Source: a virus (taxonomy: Duplodnaviria; Caudoviricetes). Taken from it: 54,818 nt of DNA. The translations under genes were made by a program, and so were the position numbers. Below, one piece after another: positions 19,201 through 27,096 of the stretch. Positions within the stretch are counted from its first letter, which is position 1. Each line of letters opens with the position of its first letter. Location: IMG/VR virus record IMGVR_UViG_3300046495_000001, positions 1 to 54,818 of that record, one strand, 5' to 3'. Under the pieces are notes generated by a model. That model was not told the DNA's origin and searched no databases. It worked only from the letters and a program-made list of their open reading frames with translations.

Positions 19201-22200
19201 TCCATCACACCCGTTGTGGGTGACTCTTCCAGCGCATCAAACAGCGGCTTCAGCGCCGCGTTCATGTCCGGGTTAGCGCGGTCTGCTGCGTGCAGCATGT
19301 TGGTAAGGTAACGTGCGCGGCGACCCTGCGGGTTGTTCACATCTGCAGACTCAAGCGCGTCACGTGCCATGGCCCCCGCAGGGCCGTTCACATCTTCCAG
19401 TAGGCGCTCATTGTTGGCGCGCTGATCCGCGCTGGACTTGACCGGCATCGTACCGGCTGCGTCCTCGGGGCGCTGCACACCATCCCACTGGCGCTTGATG
19501 CCCGTGCCTTCGACACGTTTGCCTGAACTTGTCAGCGGCGCACTCGGTATGGTGGCCGCAGGCTTTGCAAGCTCGGCTTGCAGCGCCTTGATGCGATCCT
19601 CAAGTCCCGTTATCGTGGTCTGCAGCTTGGACTGTTGCGCATCGGCAACAGCTTCACCCCACTTAGGTGCGTGCTCGTCTGCAGTCGGTGCAGGGCGATC
19701 CAGTGCACGTAGCTGTCGCACCAACTCCTTGATGCGCGCCTGCATACCGGCGATCTGGCGCGGGATGGCGCTGCGGCGCACTGCGTCTGCCGGGTCAGGT
19801 GAATCTGCACGTTGGGTTTCGCCGCGAATGACACCACGCTCGTTGTGAAACGCCTCTTCCTCTACCGCACGTGCGGGGCCGAACTTCGCCAGTGGGCGAT
19901 CTTCCAGTGCGCGTGAGTCACGCCATTCGGTGACGGCGCTCTTGACGACTTGGCCGCTACGCATCTGGGCAGGCTGCACCACATACTCTTCTAGGAAGTC
20001 ACTACCGCGCTCAGCTTCCACGCGTGTCAGTAGTGCTTCTGCGCGCTCGGTAGCCTGCTTCGCGAAAGCGGTGCGTTCAGCGCTCGTCAGCGGCTGTTGC
20101 CGCCGCGCCTCGCGGCGGATGTTCTCTTCACGGAAGGCCGCACGGATGTACTGCTGCATGGCTTTACGCGCCATACCGCTCAGCTTTGCCGGGGCTGTCT
20201 CGGTGTTCATTGCACCGAGTTGAGCATCGATAGCTTTGAGTTGACGTACGATGTCAACGCGGGAAGTGTGCAGTTCTTCTTCGCCGCGAATGGTGTCAGT
20301 GCCCCCGCGCCGATCTATGCTGGCTAGTACTTTCTGAAGTTCGGCCTGCTTCTCGCGCAGCGCACGCACCATGCCTGATGTGTGTACCTCGTGCGCTGCG
20401 TCAAAGAATGCGGTCAGGAAGTGAGATACATCATTCTTGGCTTTGACCAAGCGGCCTGCGACTGATCCCGGCTCCTTCTGAACTTGCGCCAGTTGGTCGG
20501 CAATCTTCTTGGCTTGCAGGGACGCGGCTTCTACTGCCGGTGCATCGTTGGAAGCGTGTGCACTTTCGCGGTTGTTATTGGCCTTCTCAAGCTGGCGGTG
20601 CAGATCATCGACCTTGGCTACCGTGTCGGCTGTGTGCGGGTTAACCCGTAGGCGCGACTCAAGCTCATTGATGTGAAGCTGCAGCGAGCGTAAGCGCTGC
20701 GTTGATTGCTGCTGCTGCGTCAGTTGCTCTTCGGAAAGATCGGCCTTCGGATCAGCGGTCTTGATCCGTGTGCGTATCGCGTGCAGATCGTTCAGCGTGG
20801 CGGTGTGCTGCGCCTGCTCACGCTTGAGTTCCCGAACCTGCTGCTCCATGGCAGACGCTTCTGGATTGACGATGTTCTCACCAATAGCGTCCACACGCTG
20901 CTTCAACTTCTGGTCGGTCAATTCACCCCATGTCTCAGCGGTGCCGGGTTCGCCTTCCTCTGGCAACGCTTCTTGTGCACGCGGCCCTGCCTGCGCTTCC
21001 TCGCGTAGCGTGGGTGTCGGCAGCTTCAGCTTGCCGCGAATACGGCGCTGCTGTTGTGCAGTCAGCGCGTCGCGGTTCAGTATGCCTTGGGCCTCGCTCG
21101 ACTCCTTTGCCTTCTCGCCCATGCGCTGTAGTGCGTCTGTCTCCGCGCCTACCTTGGCAGTCGTGGCCGCAGTCTGCCCACGCCCGGTCGCCATCTCGTC
21201 CGCGATTCCCGCGTCACGCGCTTGATTCTGCGCAGGAGCGGCGGTTACGTTCTGTTGACCCGTTACACCTGCCTGCTTTTCCTTTATTTGTGCCGCGAGC
21301 TTAGCCATCTTGGCGGTATCGCCCGCCTCGGCTGCATCTTGCAGCTTCTGCTTGAGCTTGGCTACATCGGCGTCAACGGACGGTTTGTGCTGGTTGCGTA
21401 GTTGCTCAACCGCGTCTTGCAATGGCTTCAACTGCTTGGATAGCTCATTTGCCTGTGTGCTATGGCGCATCACTGCATCCATATCCCCCGAAGCGACCGC
21501 TGCTTTAGCCTGATCACGTAGCGTGTTCATGGCGTTCTCATGATCTACCAACGCTTGTGATGCAGTTTGAAGGCGCTGCTCGATGGGTGACACATCCGCT
21601 GGGGCCGCTACGGGCGTACCGCTAGGTGATGTCTGCCCTTCCGCAAACAGGTCGGGTTGTGCATTCTTGTCAAGAGGGGCGACGGTGGTGTCTACCGGGG
21701 CGCTGGCAGTGGGTTGATCTGCACCAGTTTCCAAAGCGCTTTGACTTACCTGTGCGTCTGCGGCAGCCTTGGCTTGATCCTGCGCACGTAATGTGTCAAT
21801 TTCCGGGCGACGGTCGGCGTGTTCTGCAACTAGATTCGCATTGTCCAGCGAAGCCAGTTTCTCATCCAGCGCCTTCTTCTGGTTCTCCCACGCCATGATC
21901 GCGCTGGGATCGCTCTTGTCCGTAGGCTTGGTGCCCAGCGCGGCACGTGCAGCCTGTTGTTGCTGCAGCATCGTCTGATAGTCGGTGTCCAGCTTGCGTA
22001 GATACTCCGGCGTCTGCTTGGCGGCGGCTTGCTGTGCCTCGAAGTCAGCCTTCTGCTGGGCCTTTACCGCGTCGGCATCGGCCTTGGCTTTGTCCGCTTC
22101 AGCCTGCGCACGTGCACGTGCAGGGGCATCCATGGCGACGTGGGCACCACGCAGGACACCGAACGCGGCGGCATTCTCTGCTACTTGTTTGGGATCGAGC

Positions 22201-22868
22201 CATGGAGTGTCTGTCTGGCGGCCCGAGGCTACGTCGATACCCTTGTTGGTAATCTGACTGGCGGTGTCGAACGCCGCGCCTTCACCGGCAGCATGCGCCA
22301 ATTGGGAACCCAGACCTTCACCCGCTTGCAGTGCCTTGGGCAGCGCTTTGCTACCGGCACTGACCAACTTACCGCCCACCATCGCAAAGCCTGCGTTGGC
22401 AAGACCGTGCATGGCGGCAACAGTTGGTGATGCACCTGCGTCAATCTGCTGCTGGTATGAATCACGGAAACCGGGGATGGCAAACAGTGTGCCGTTGGCA
22501 AGCAGCGCCGGGATACCTGCTTCGGGCATTGCAAGGGCGGGGGCCAGACCGCCTACGAGGTTGGCAATCTTTCCGGTGGTTGTATCGCCACCGTGCTGTT
22601 GCTGCCACGCTTCAACGGCTTTGCGCTTGGCGTCTAGGTCGGCTGCAGTGTCTTTGAAGCCCGTGTAATCGGCGGCTGCAGCGGCAGCGCCAAGGCCCAT
22701 GTTAGCCACACCACCGGCAAGACCCGCTCCTGCGGATTCCAGCATACCTGCTTTGGGTGCGAGTTCAGGGTGCTGCGAGATGATGCGCCGCTTCGCCTCA
22801 CTAGGGTCTACTTCATCCGGTATGTTCTGAACAAGGGTTCCGTCAGGTAGCTGGATGGAGTAGGCCAT
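13230..22868 (-). CDS. Giant (3212 aa) internal virion/ejection polyvalent protein
   Basis: Long Ala/Glu/Gln coiled coils, zincin motif LLHESAH...AREFVAE, C-terminal IPFFNAQ.QG and PAPFETG.LF resembling LPD38. Last gene of the late operon. Confidence 0.8.
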   Translation of the reverse strand: MAYSIQLPDGTLVQNIPDEVDPSEAKRRIISQHPELAPKAGMLESAGAGLAGGVANMGLGAAAAAADYTGFKDTAADLDAKRKAVEAWQQQHGGDTTTGKIANLVGGLAPALAMPEAGIPALLANGTLFAIPGFRDSYQQQIDAGASPTVAAMHGLANAGFAMVGGKLVSAGSKALPKALQAGEGLGSQLAHAAGEGAAFDTASQITNKGIDVASGRQTDTPWLDPKQVAENAAAFGVLRGAHVAMDAPARARAQAEADKAKADADAVKAQQKADFEAQQAAAKQTPEYLRKLDTDYQTMLQQQQAARAALGTKPTDKSDPSAIMAWENQKKALDEKLASLDNANLVAEHADRRPEIDTLRAQDQAKAAADAQVSQSALETGADQPTASAPVDTTVAPLDKNAQPDLFAEGQTSPSGTPVAAPADVSPIEQRLQTASQALVDHENAMNTLRDQAKAAVASGDMDAVMRHSTQANELSKQLKPLQDAVEQLRNQHKPSVDADVAKLKQKLQDAAEAGDTAKMAKLAAQIKEKQAGVTGQQNVTAAPAQNQARDAGIADEMATGRGQTAATTAKVGAETDALQRMGEKAKESSEAQGILNRDALTAQQQRRIRGKLKLPTPTLREEAQAGPRAQEALPEEGEPGTAETWGELTDQKLKQRVDAIGENIVNPEASAMEQQVRELKREQAQHTATLNDLHAIRTRIKTADPKADLSEEQLTQQQQSTQRLRSLQLHINELESRLRVNPHTADTVAKVDDLHRQLEKANNNRESAHASNDAPAVEAASLQAKKIADQLAQVQKEPGSVAGRLVKAKNDVSHFLTAFFDAAHEVHTSGMVRALREKQAELQKVLASIDRRGGTDTIRGEEELHTSRVDIVRQLKAIDAQLGAMNTETAPAKLSGMARKAMQQYIRAAFREENIRREARRQQPLTSAERTAFAKQATERAEALLTRVEAERGSDFLEEYVVQPAQMRSGQVVKSAVTEWRDSRALEDRPLAKFGPARAVEEEAFHNERGVIRGETQRADSPDPADAVRRSAIPRQIAGMQARIKELVRQLRALDRPAPTADEHAPKWGEAVADAQQSKLQTTITGLEDRIKALQAELAKPAATIPSAPLTSSGKRVEGTGIKRQWDGVQRPEDAAGTMPVKSSADQRANNERLLEDVNGPAGAMARDALESADVNNPQGRRARYLTNMLHAADRANPDMNAALKPLFDALEESPTTGVMDVVEPLIREALTGRLPTGGERVRGTSWQKALFGGERVSLPNADLNRVKEALALAREVRSGDENAAKQRNLFDPQVAQQEQGRIEDKQAANEERADEINKKTYVLSELRDAERDQAERGKLSEDNEKLEKEREKSKVDEHALKGEADRMATSHSKETPTAFADSPEVKEGRAAVDAARAQIEEFTPEKAKPSWFSALVEKLRDVKDSIEAFVQSRPFYGQPLVSHLPNPERTQLFSDKPMTVFSRQEVTRDMAAVREAEQVIEEKRATLAAVEATKTPDTPAARGARTRRVNAARKALDEALAHRNTLESAVKDVPSQERTRYIDPKTGKPASIQREGEMYTPEDAIAIRAQIAEYNKFAMEMNAFLVEQQGEETPAFVAMRDQLDLIKRALQNLPTDPETVKLRRAAKTAQAKLDAAKTEPAAISTNGKVQRAKRIERLQEEADAAEGARHAHETGESPEVPAARRRIDAADQRIRDFNKELKARVDEGKSPTEEDTIQGRILSRAKTDAEDALDRLLHPDVKTPESEQRVATAAEIAKRNAEMDAAVEERMHLDEAMQRLAKLPATVVTRDSGITDAIRIGLSREAAGIRAKLDLVNLMRADPDFEAKSEKAIKDAIAAKKPAVSIAKMKNRLADARSLDKSDEGLRKWEKLLENSERNLQQLEDVAPRRVTQRGEPTSEKDDITPIEPLNKDVANAGKWDESKAPLKFTTNADDNVSKRVRAKDTTEAEAAAEALNDKQVAGGRGVVTRKIGVGQGKVSVQRKKASVTSKTAQEDGVYASAEKRAREIDAALDHIAELRKINDEKMRAAIENEDAAAIEKHTAFNERFDKATAKLNAEYAPLDKLLNKGVKRAGKVAEAGSHAVDVAEGDAPDIAELQAHDVDTSARIEDPNAAPNKPSAERTSTPLSEDAIAAVKENRLPDALHDIARTSADPEAREAATRLAPFVDRTDVGVERFTVRGEKAVAVYIPEENRVAVHPEGLTEQELLHESAHAATDGVMLADPAKLNPEQRKARAGLEGMWNSTKNNPTLQGEHATTSAREFVAEVYTNPEFRAKLDSIGKPLSLLERFKNFVRQMFGYPTSPSGKARDMVDKILTRSDKIKGEAAPSIFRPKKEYTSETAKFGRDLSQNRSVVQDVKAAGWKKLLMAAEQKIVDSRAALRYTAKIGDNHTGTQVMGDILTADRAMQNAMAVFTKGGFKLAKDSKGLTVMKADGKTNAKEVVQRIGELPGKGTAEEKMDLFQGYMTALRARDVGWHTLDYDNPAEMQRRGEAAIKEVQSDPALLAAMNKAQDTYHEYNKELVQFLKDTNAVPDAVADKMMQDRNYIPMFRNKGDSLEMVMQNGKSMSVGDVRTLPFLHALNGGNAKLMPFEESMFRNTTMLTNLGVQNMTARHIAYHLQGIGSTVPGKTKPMQIREGDGGAARGGTTIRFRDKPQNAQDDGERHIVIDTKGTAAEHIPNDLLAQAVAGSYSSTPALLNMGKYASDILRSGVTRVPTYLVSQMWKDPVNAAIMGNLKADPFTSVVKSMNNMREHLTGKSSEALDMEAMGILHSNVFNGTPDDVKKMLMHLGGSNQGWYRNAMSKLDNIAMGADSATRIQGYRDVIKAGGSELEAAIHAQEMQNFSKHGSSQSMQVLSRLIPFFNAQVQGLNVLLKSATGKMPANELLDTKNKFFKRALGMTALSLAYAASLDDDPEWRKLSLRSQMSNIKIGEGQLPAPFETGMLFYSLPVAFIHALKQNFNENDWADVRAVISNQLPGNGSIMPQFAKGYVDVSRNYNSYFGSPIESRRMDKLATTEKYAGNTPEMMKEFSRHLVDMGVNLSPVQLDYLSNAYLGQLPHMVGMVTNHLFETKSAAHDGGEAATGTAKDNPLLARFVPNPKESRNVNDAYTRVDHAMLTDATIKAMKTDGRAPQAEAYRKEQLAQYGTPQQARAFQNQMGFMKRQEEAIKLDKSLDGPGKQKKIEELYKRRDAAAANYLKIVDAKQAA

Positions 22869-22870
22869 GA

Positions 22871-24424
22871 TTACTTAATAGTTGAAAAGTCTAAGACTCT
22901 CCCTGTTTTGGCAGGGGCGGATGCATCAGATTGTAATGTCTTGCCCTGCTCATGGAACAACTTCGTTGCAAGTTCTACCGGGTCAGGTACTGGATCGCCT
23001 GCACCGGTCGCTGCGTTGTTACGCATGATGTCGTTTATATGAGAGCGTGCAAAGTTAAGTGCTTGTGCATATGTCAGGGGTTTTCCTGCGCCACCGGCAC
23101 CCCCGCCTGTCATTTTTGCAATGTACGCATTGTCTTTGCGCTTAGTCTCGTCAAGCCGCGCTTGGTTGAGCGCCAATGTCTTGGCCGTGTTATCCATTTT
23201 TGTGGCGTTCAGTTCGGTCTTGTCATCCGCTGCACGCGCAGTGTTCGTAGTCGTGAAGTTACCCATTAACTGATGCAACTGAGCGTCGGTGAGCCCTGCT
23301 TGGATACCCAACTGACGCGCTTGGAACTCTTCTTCGCTCTTGGCGTTTGCCAGACGCTCGCCTTGCTGCGTCTTCATCAGGTTGTAGGAGCCTTCGGCCA
23401 GCGTACCCATATTGCCAAGGCCTGTGCGGTTGCCGTTGGCTTCCACATAGGGGTGCAGGATGGCAATCACCTTCTCCCATGGATTGGCTTGCTTGGCGGC
23501 GTTGTAGGCATCATGCGCGGTCTGACCGGCCTGCAGCTTGTCCTTATAGATTTGGATCGCCGCATCATCCAGCGGCTTCTTGGCTTTCAGATACTCGTCG
23601 GCCGCGTCCATGTACGGCGTGTCGGCCGGTTGGTCTTCGCTGGCGGCATCGACCTTGGATGCGTTGGGGGGGCCTGAAGGTGATGGCGTTTTCGATTGAG
23701 CAGCAGCCGCCAGACCCGCAGGGGTGGGGTCGGCATTAACGTTAGGTACGGCGGCGGGGGCTGCATTACTGCCATCCGTAGGAAGTCCCCCCATCGATGG
23801 CGGGTGCATAGGTTGCGTAGGTACGGCAGCTAGGCCGCTACCTTGATGTGCAATACGCGCACTAGACTGCGCGTTACGATCCATACCAAGCTGCTCGGCG
23901 TAGGGTACAGCGGCCTTGGATGCGTCTGTTGCGGCGGCGTTTGCCGCTACTGTTGAGGGCTTGGTGAAGTACTTACCCAGCCACGCGCTAAGTTCTTCAC
24001 CAGCGGAGGGGCCTCGATGTGCTTCACGGTATGCTTGCGACGCCTGTTGTTGGGCTAACTCATCGGGCGATTCGGGGTCGTGGGTGGACTTGTACTTGAA
24101 TGCGTCCCAAGCGTTGCTTGCGTCTTGCATGAAGGGGGATGTATCCGCCTGCCCGCCGTCATCGAAGTGACGCACGATCCCGCCTGCGGCCATGGCGATA
24201 CCACCCTCCATCGGTGCCGGGGCGGCGGCCTGCTGCAACTGGTCACGCACTGTGGGCGTTGGTGGCGTGCCCATGGCTTGTTGGCTCTGCTGCGCGTTGC
24301 GTGCTTGGATCAGCTTGGCAAGCTTCGCCGCCGCAGGGATAGACACGCGCGGGTCGGGATTGCCGACCATCTGCTGAAGTTGTTGCTCGTTCGCCAGAGC
24401 AACGTGGGTAGTGTCGATGCTCAT
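22871..24424 (-). CDS. Putative internal virion (ejection) protein
   Basis: A/Q/P-rich with MAAGGIV and FDDGG motifs, directly before the giant gene. Confidence 0.65.
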   Translation of the reverse strand: MSIDTTHVALANEQQLQQMVGNPDPRVSIPAAAKLAKLIQARNAQQSQQAMGTPPTPTVRDQLQQAAAPAPMEGGIAMAAGGIVRHFDDGGQADTSPFMQDASNAWDAFKYKSTHDPESPDELAQQQASQAYREAHRGPSAGEELSAWLGKYFTKPSTVAANAAATDASKAAVPYAEQLGMDRNAQSSARIAHQGSGLAAVPTQPMHPPSMGGLPTDGSNAAPAAVPNVNADPTPAGLAAAAQSKTPSPSGPPNASKVDAASEDQPADTPYMDAADEYLKAKKPLDDAAIQIYKDKLQAGQTAHDAYNAAKQANPWEKVIAILHPYVEANGNRTGLGNMGTLAEGSYNLMKTQQGERLANAKSEEEFQARQLGIQAGLTDAQLHQLMGNFTTTNTARAADDKTELNATKMDNTAKTLALNQARLDETKRKDNAYIAKMTGGGAGGAGKPLTYAQALNFARSHINDIMRNNAATGAGDPVPDPVELATKLFHEQGKTLQSDASAPAKTGRVLDFSTIK

Positions 24425-25443
24425 TACATTTTCCCGTAGAGTTGTGCAATGCGTGCTTGGGGTAGGCCCGAGACTTGCGGGTGTACCATGCCGCCTTTAG
24501 CGAATAAACTACCCACCGTGTTCCACAACTGCTGCCCGGTGTTAATCAACCCCGCGATACCCGATGCCCCTGCAGCCGCCTGCTGAATGCCCGTGGGCTG
24601 CGCCATGGAATTGTCTGGTGTGTAGGTTGTGTTCGTTGACGTGCTCGATCCCGGCATAGCCTTGATCTGGTTCGTCATGAAGTTCAACTGGTCGTAGGGG
24701 TGCTGCACCGCGCCTTGGAAGTTGGCCTTGTCTTGGTTCAGATCGCCTTGGGCGGCAGCCTGTTGCTGGCCGCCCGACACTTGCTGCTGGTTGAACGCCT
24801 GCGCACCTTGATTGGTCAGTGCATTGCCGCCTGCCAACGCAGCTTGCGATGCGTACTGGTTGGACTGGTTGTTGCGGTTCTGGTCAGCGTTAAACTGCTG
24901 CTGGGCGTTGGTGTACGCTGCGGCTTGGCCTTGCATTTCGTTGTTATTTTGCAACATAGCCAGCGTACGCTGACGCTCTGCATCCACAACGCCCTGACGT
25001 GAACCGCCAAATGCGCCTGCTTGCGCGGCTTGACCGGCCTGTTGCACACCTTGAATGTCCGACTGCCGACCGGCTTCCTTATTGGCAATGTCGATCACGT
25101 TCTGCTGGTATGGGTTCATATACTGCTGCGCAGCACTCTGGTCGAACGTGGCGTTGGTCGGCGTGTAGTCGGCACCCTGCGTTGTGAGCGCCGTGCCTTG
25201 GGTCGCCAAGTTCCCTGCGTCCAGCCCAGAGACGGAGTTCAGTGCAGTCTGTTGCAGCCCGGTCGGGCCAGCCACTGTCGGGCCGGTGTACGCGTGGTAG
25301 GGGTCTTGGCTTGCCAGCGCATGCGACTGCGCCAGTACATCTTGGCCGTAGGGGGCCGCTGCCGCGCCCAGACCGGAGTCCTGCGTGGTGTTCGACGTGT
25401 AGGGTGTCGAGTAGCCGACGGGGGTAACGGGTGTGCCTGCCAT
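24424..25443 (-). CDS. Putative DNA-transfer/pilot ejection protein
   Basis: Q/A-rich with YMNPYQQNVI, GAFGGSRQG and FAKGGMV. Confidence 0.7.
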   Translation of the reverse strand: MAGTPVTPVGYSTPYTSNTTQDSGLGAAAAPYGQDVLAQSHALASQDPYHAYTGPTVAGPTGLQQTALNSVSGLDAGNLATQGTALTTQGADYTPTNATFDQSAAQQYMNPYQQNVIDIANKEAGRQSDIQGVQQAGQAAQAGAFGGSRQGVVDAERQRTLAMLQNNNEMQGQAAAYTNAQQQFNADQNRNNQSNQYASQAALAGGNALTNQGAQAFNQQQVSGGQQQAAAQGDLNQDKANFQGAVQHPYDQLNFMTNQIKAMPGSSTSTNTTYTPDNSMAQPTGIQQAAAGASGIAGLINTGQQLWNTVGSLFAKGGMVHPQVSGLPQARIAQLYGKM

Positions 25444-25452
25444 GATTTCTCC

Positions 25453-26844
25453 TTATGCTGCCAAGACCTTGCTCGGGTCTACCGGCTTGGCTTGCTGTTT
25501 CGTTCCATGCGCCTGCTGGCGAATTCGATCCACCATCGCGTAGAGTGCACGCGCGCCAGCTTCAGATGAGCCAGAACCCAGTGCGCTAACTGCATCGGCG
25601 GGAACCACGAACTCATTATCCGCCAGACGCCCCTGACCACCGTCATCCATCTTCACCGGGATGCTGTCAGATTGGCCGTCACCCTCACCGCGCACCATGC
25701 GTGGGGGTAGGCTTGCAACTGCGTGGAGTCCTGCAACATCGCCGCCGTCCGCGAAGCGTGTGTGCTTGATCTTGCTGGCTTCCGCAAGGCCGCCAGTAGC
25801 GCCACTACCACCGCCCCCACCGCCCCCATCACCCCCACCACCGCCCCCATCACCCCCGCCATCACCACCGCTGTCACTGTGCATACCCTCGTGGCTGTAG
25901 TTGGAGTCATTACTGGACGCAGCCGAATCACTTGCGGCTTGTGCCGCAGCGGCTGCGGAAGCGGGGTCACCGCCCATAGGGCTTGCAGGGCCAGCGCCTA
26001 CTTGCGCACCGTTACTATCGGATGCATTCATAGCCGAGGCGGGCGGCCCCATCTGTTCAGAACTAGGGCCGGGGCCGAGGTCGCCACCGGGGCTGTACGC
26101 GTTATTGGCAGCAGCCAAACCTGCGGCTGCGTTAGCAGCAGCGGTAGCCGGGTCAACACTCATAGGGCTTGCAGGGCCAGCGCCTGCAGCATCGGGCGTC
26201 GTGGGGCCGTAAGGGTCACCTGTTTGGCCGTAAGTACCGGACGTGCTGGACGGTACGGTGCTATGCAGCCCTTCGTTGCTGTAATTGGGGTTGTTGTTGC
26301 GCGCGATGGCGTCACTACCGGCCATCAGCAACTTGCCGTATTTGGTGTCGGGGCCAATGGACTGGGCCAAGTTACCCATGAAAGCCGCAATGCCGCCAAG
26401 ACCCGAAGCGTCCCCCGTGCCACCACCGTCCGTGTTCATACCGCTGTTGGAGCCGCCATGACCGCCAGTGCCTGCAGCGCCAATGCCTGATCCGGCCACA
26501 ACCGGCGTCGTGGGTGTCTGCGGTGTAGTAGGTGTTGTCGGTGCGTTGGCAGTAACCTGTGTGTTGAGCAAGTGCTGTAGTGCTTGCTGCTGCATGGACG
26601 CGGCGTCGTTCTTAGGCGCGGCATAACTCAGTTGCTTATCACCGGCCTTGCGGCCAATCTGCGCGCTTTGCGAACCTGCTTTATTCATGAAGTAGCCCCA
26701 GCCACCCGTCGAGGGGTCATAGCCCCACGAATACTGCGGCAGCCCGGTACCTCCTGTACCTGAATCCGTCGATGGGTCTGCAGTCACCTGCGGGGTAAGC
26801 TGCTGTGCGATTCCTGTCAAATCAGGCATACTGAACATGTCCAT
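25453..26844 (-). CDS. Putative internal virion protein with low-complexity N-terminal part
   Basis: C-terminal GEGDGQSDSIP...RLADNEFVVPADAVSALGSGSSEAGARALY domain, poly-Gly tract. Confidence 0.65.
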   Translation of the reverse strand: MDMFSMPDLTGIAQQLTPQVTADPSTDSGTGGTGLPQYSWGYDPSTGGWGYFMNKAGSQSAQIGRKAGDKQLSYAAPKNDAASMQQQALQHLLNTQVTANAPTTPTTPQTPTTPVVAGSGIGAAGTGGHGGSNSGMNTDGGGTGDASGLGGIAAFMGNLAQSIGPDTKYGKLLMAGSDAIARNNNPNYSNEGLHSTVPSSTSGTYGQTGDPYGPTTPDAAGAGPASPMSVDPATAAANAAAGLAAANNAYSPGGDLGPGPSSEQMGPPASAMNASDSNGAQVGAGPASPMGGDPASAAAAAQAASDSAASSNDSNYSHEGMHSDSGGDGGGDGGGGGGDGGGGGGGSGATGGLAEASKIKHTRFADGGDVAGLHAVASLPPRMVRGEGDGQSDSIPVKMDDGGQGRLADNEFVVPADAVSALGSGSSEAGARALYAMVDRIRQQAHGTKQQAKPVDPSKVLAA

Positions 26845-26853
26845 GGTGCACCT

Positions 26854-27096
26854 CTACGGTTTAATCTTTAATACGTTGCCTGCGGAAGTGTCCACGTAGA
26901 CATCCCCCGATGATAAATTAGCCAGTGATGTTTGGGTAGGCAGCGTGCCGATGTTGATGTTCAGCGTGGATGCGTTCATCGGGTGGGGCGTGTTGCTGCG
27001 CTCGAAGTACGAACGTAACTCACTGAGCATGCGGCTCATGTACGACGCATCGTAGTCCTGCGGAGCGTTGCCTAGAACGGGTGGTCGCAAGGCCAT
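26854..27096 (-). CDS. Small tail-associated protein
   Basis: P.L..AP..YD.....L..YF pattern. Start overlaps the nozzle stop (TAATG). Confidence 0.6.
   Translation of the reverse strand: MALRPPVLGNAPQDYDASYMSRMLSELRSYFERSNTPHPMNASTLNINIGTLPTQTSLANLSSGDVYVDTSAGNVLKIKP

Noticed and set aside
13230-22868. N4-like virion RNA polymerase
   Set aside because: The size is similar, but I found no recognisable RNA polymerase catalytic motifs. Zincin and LPD38-like features fit better.
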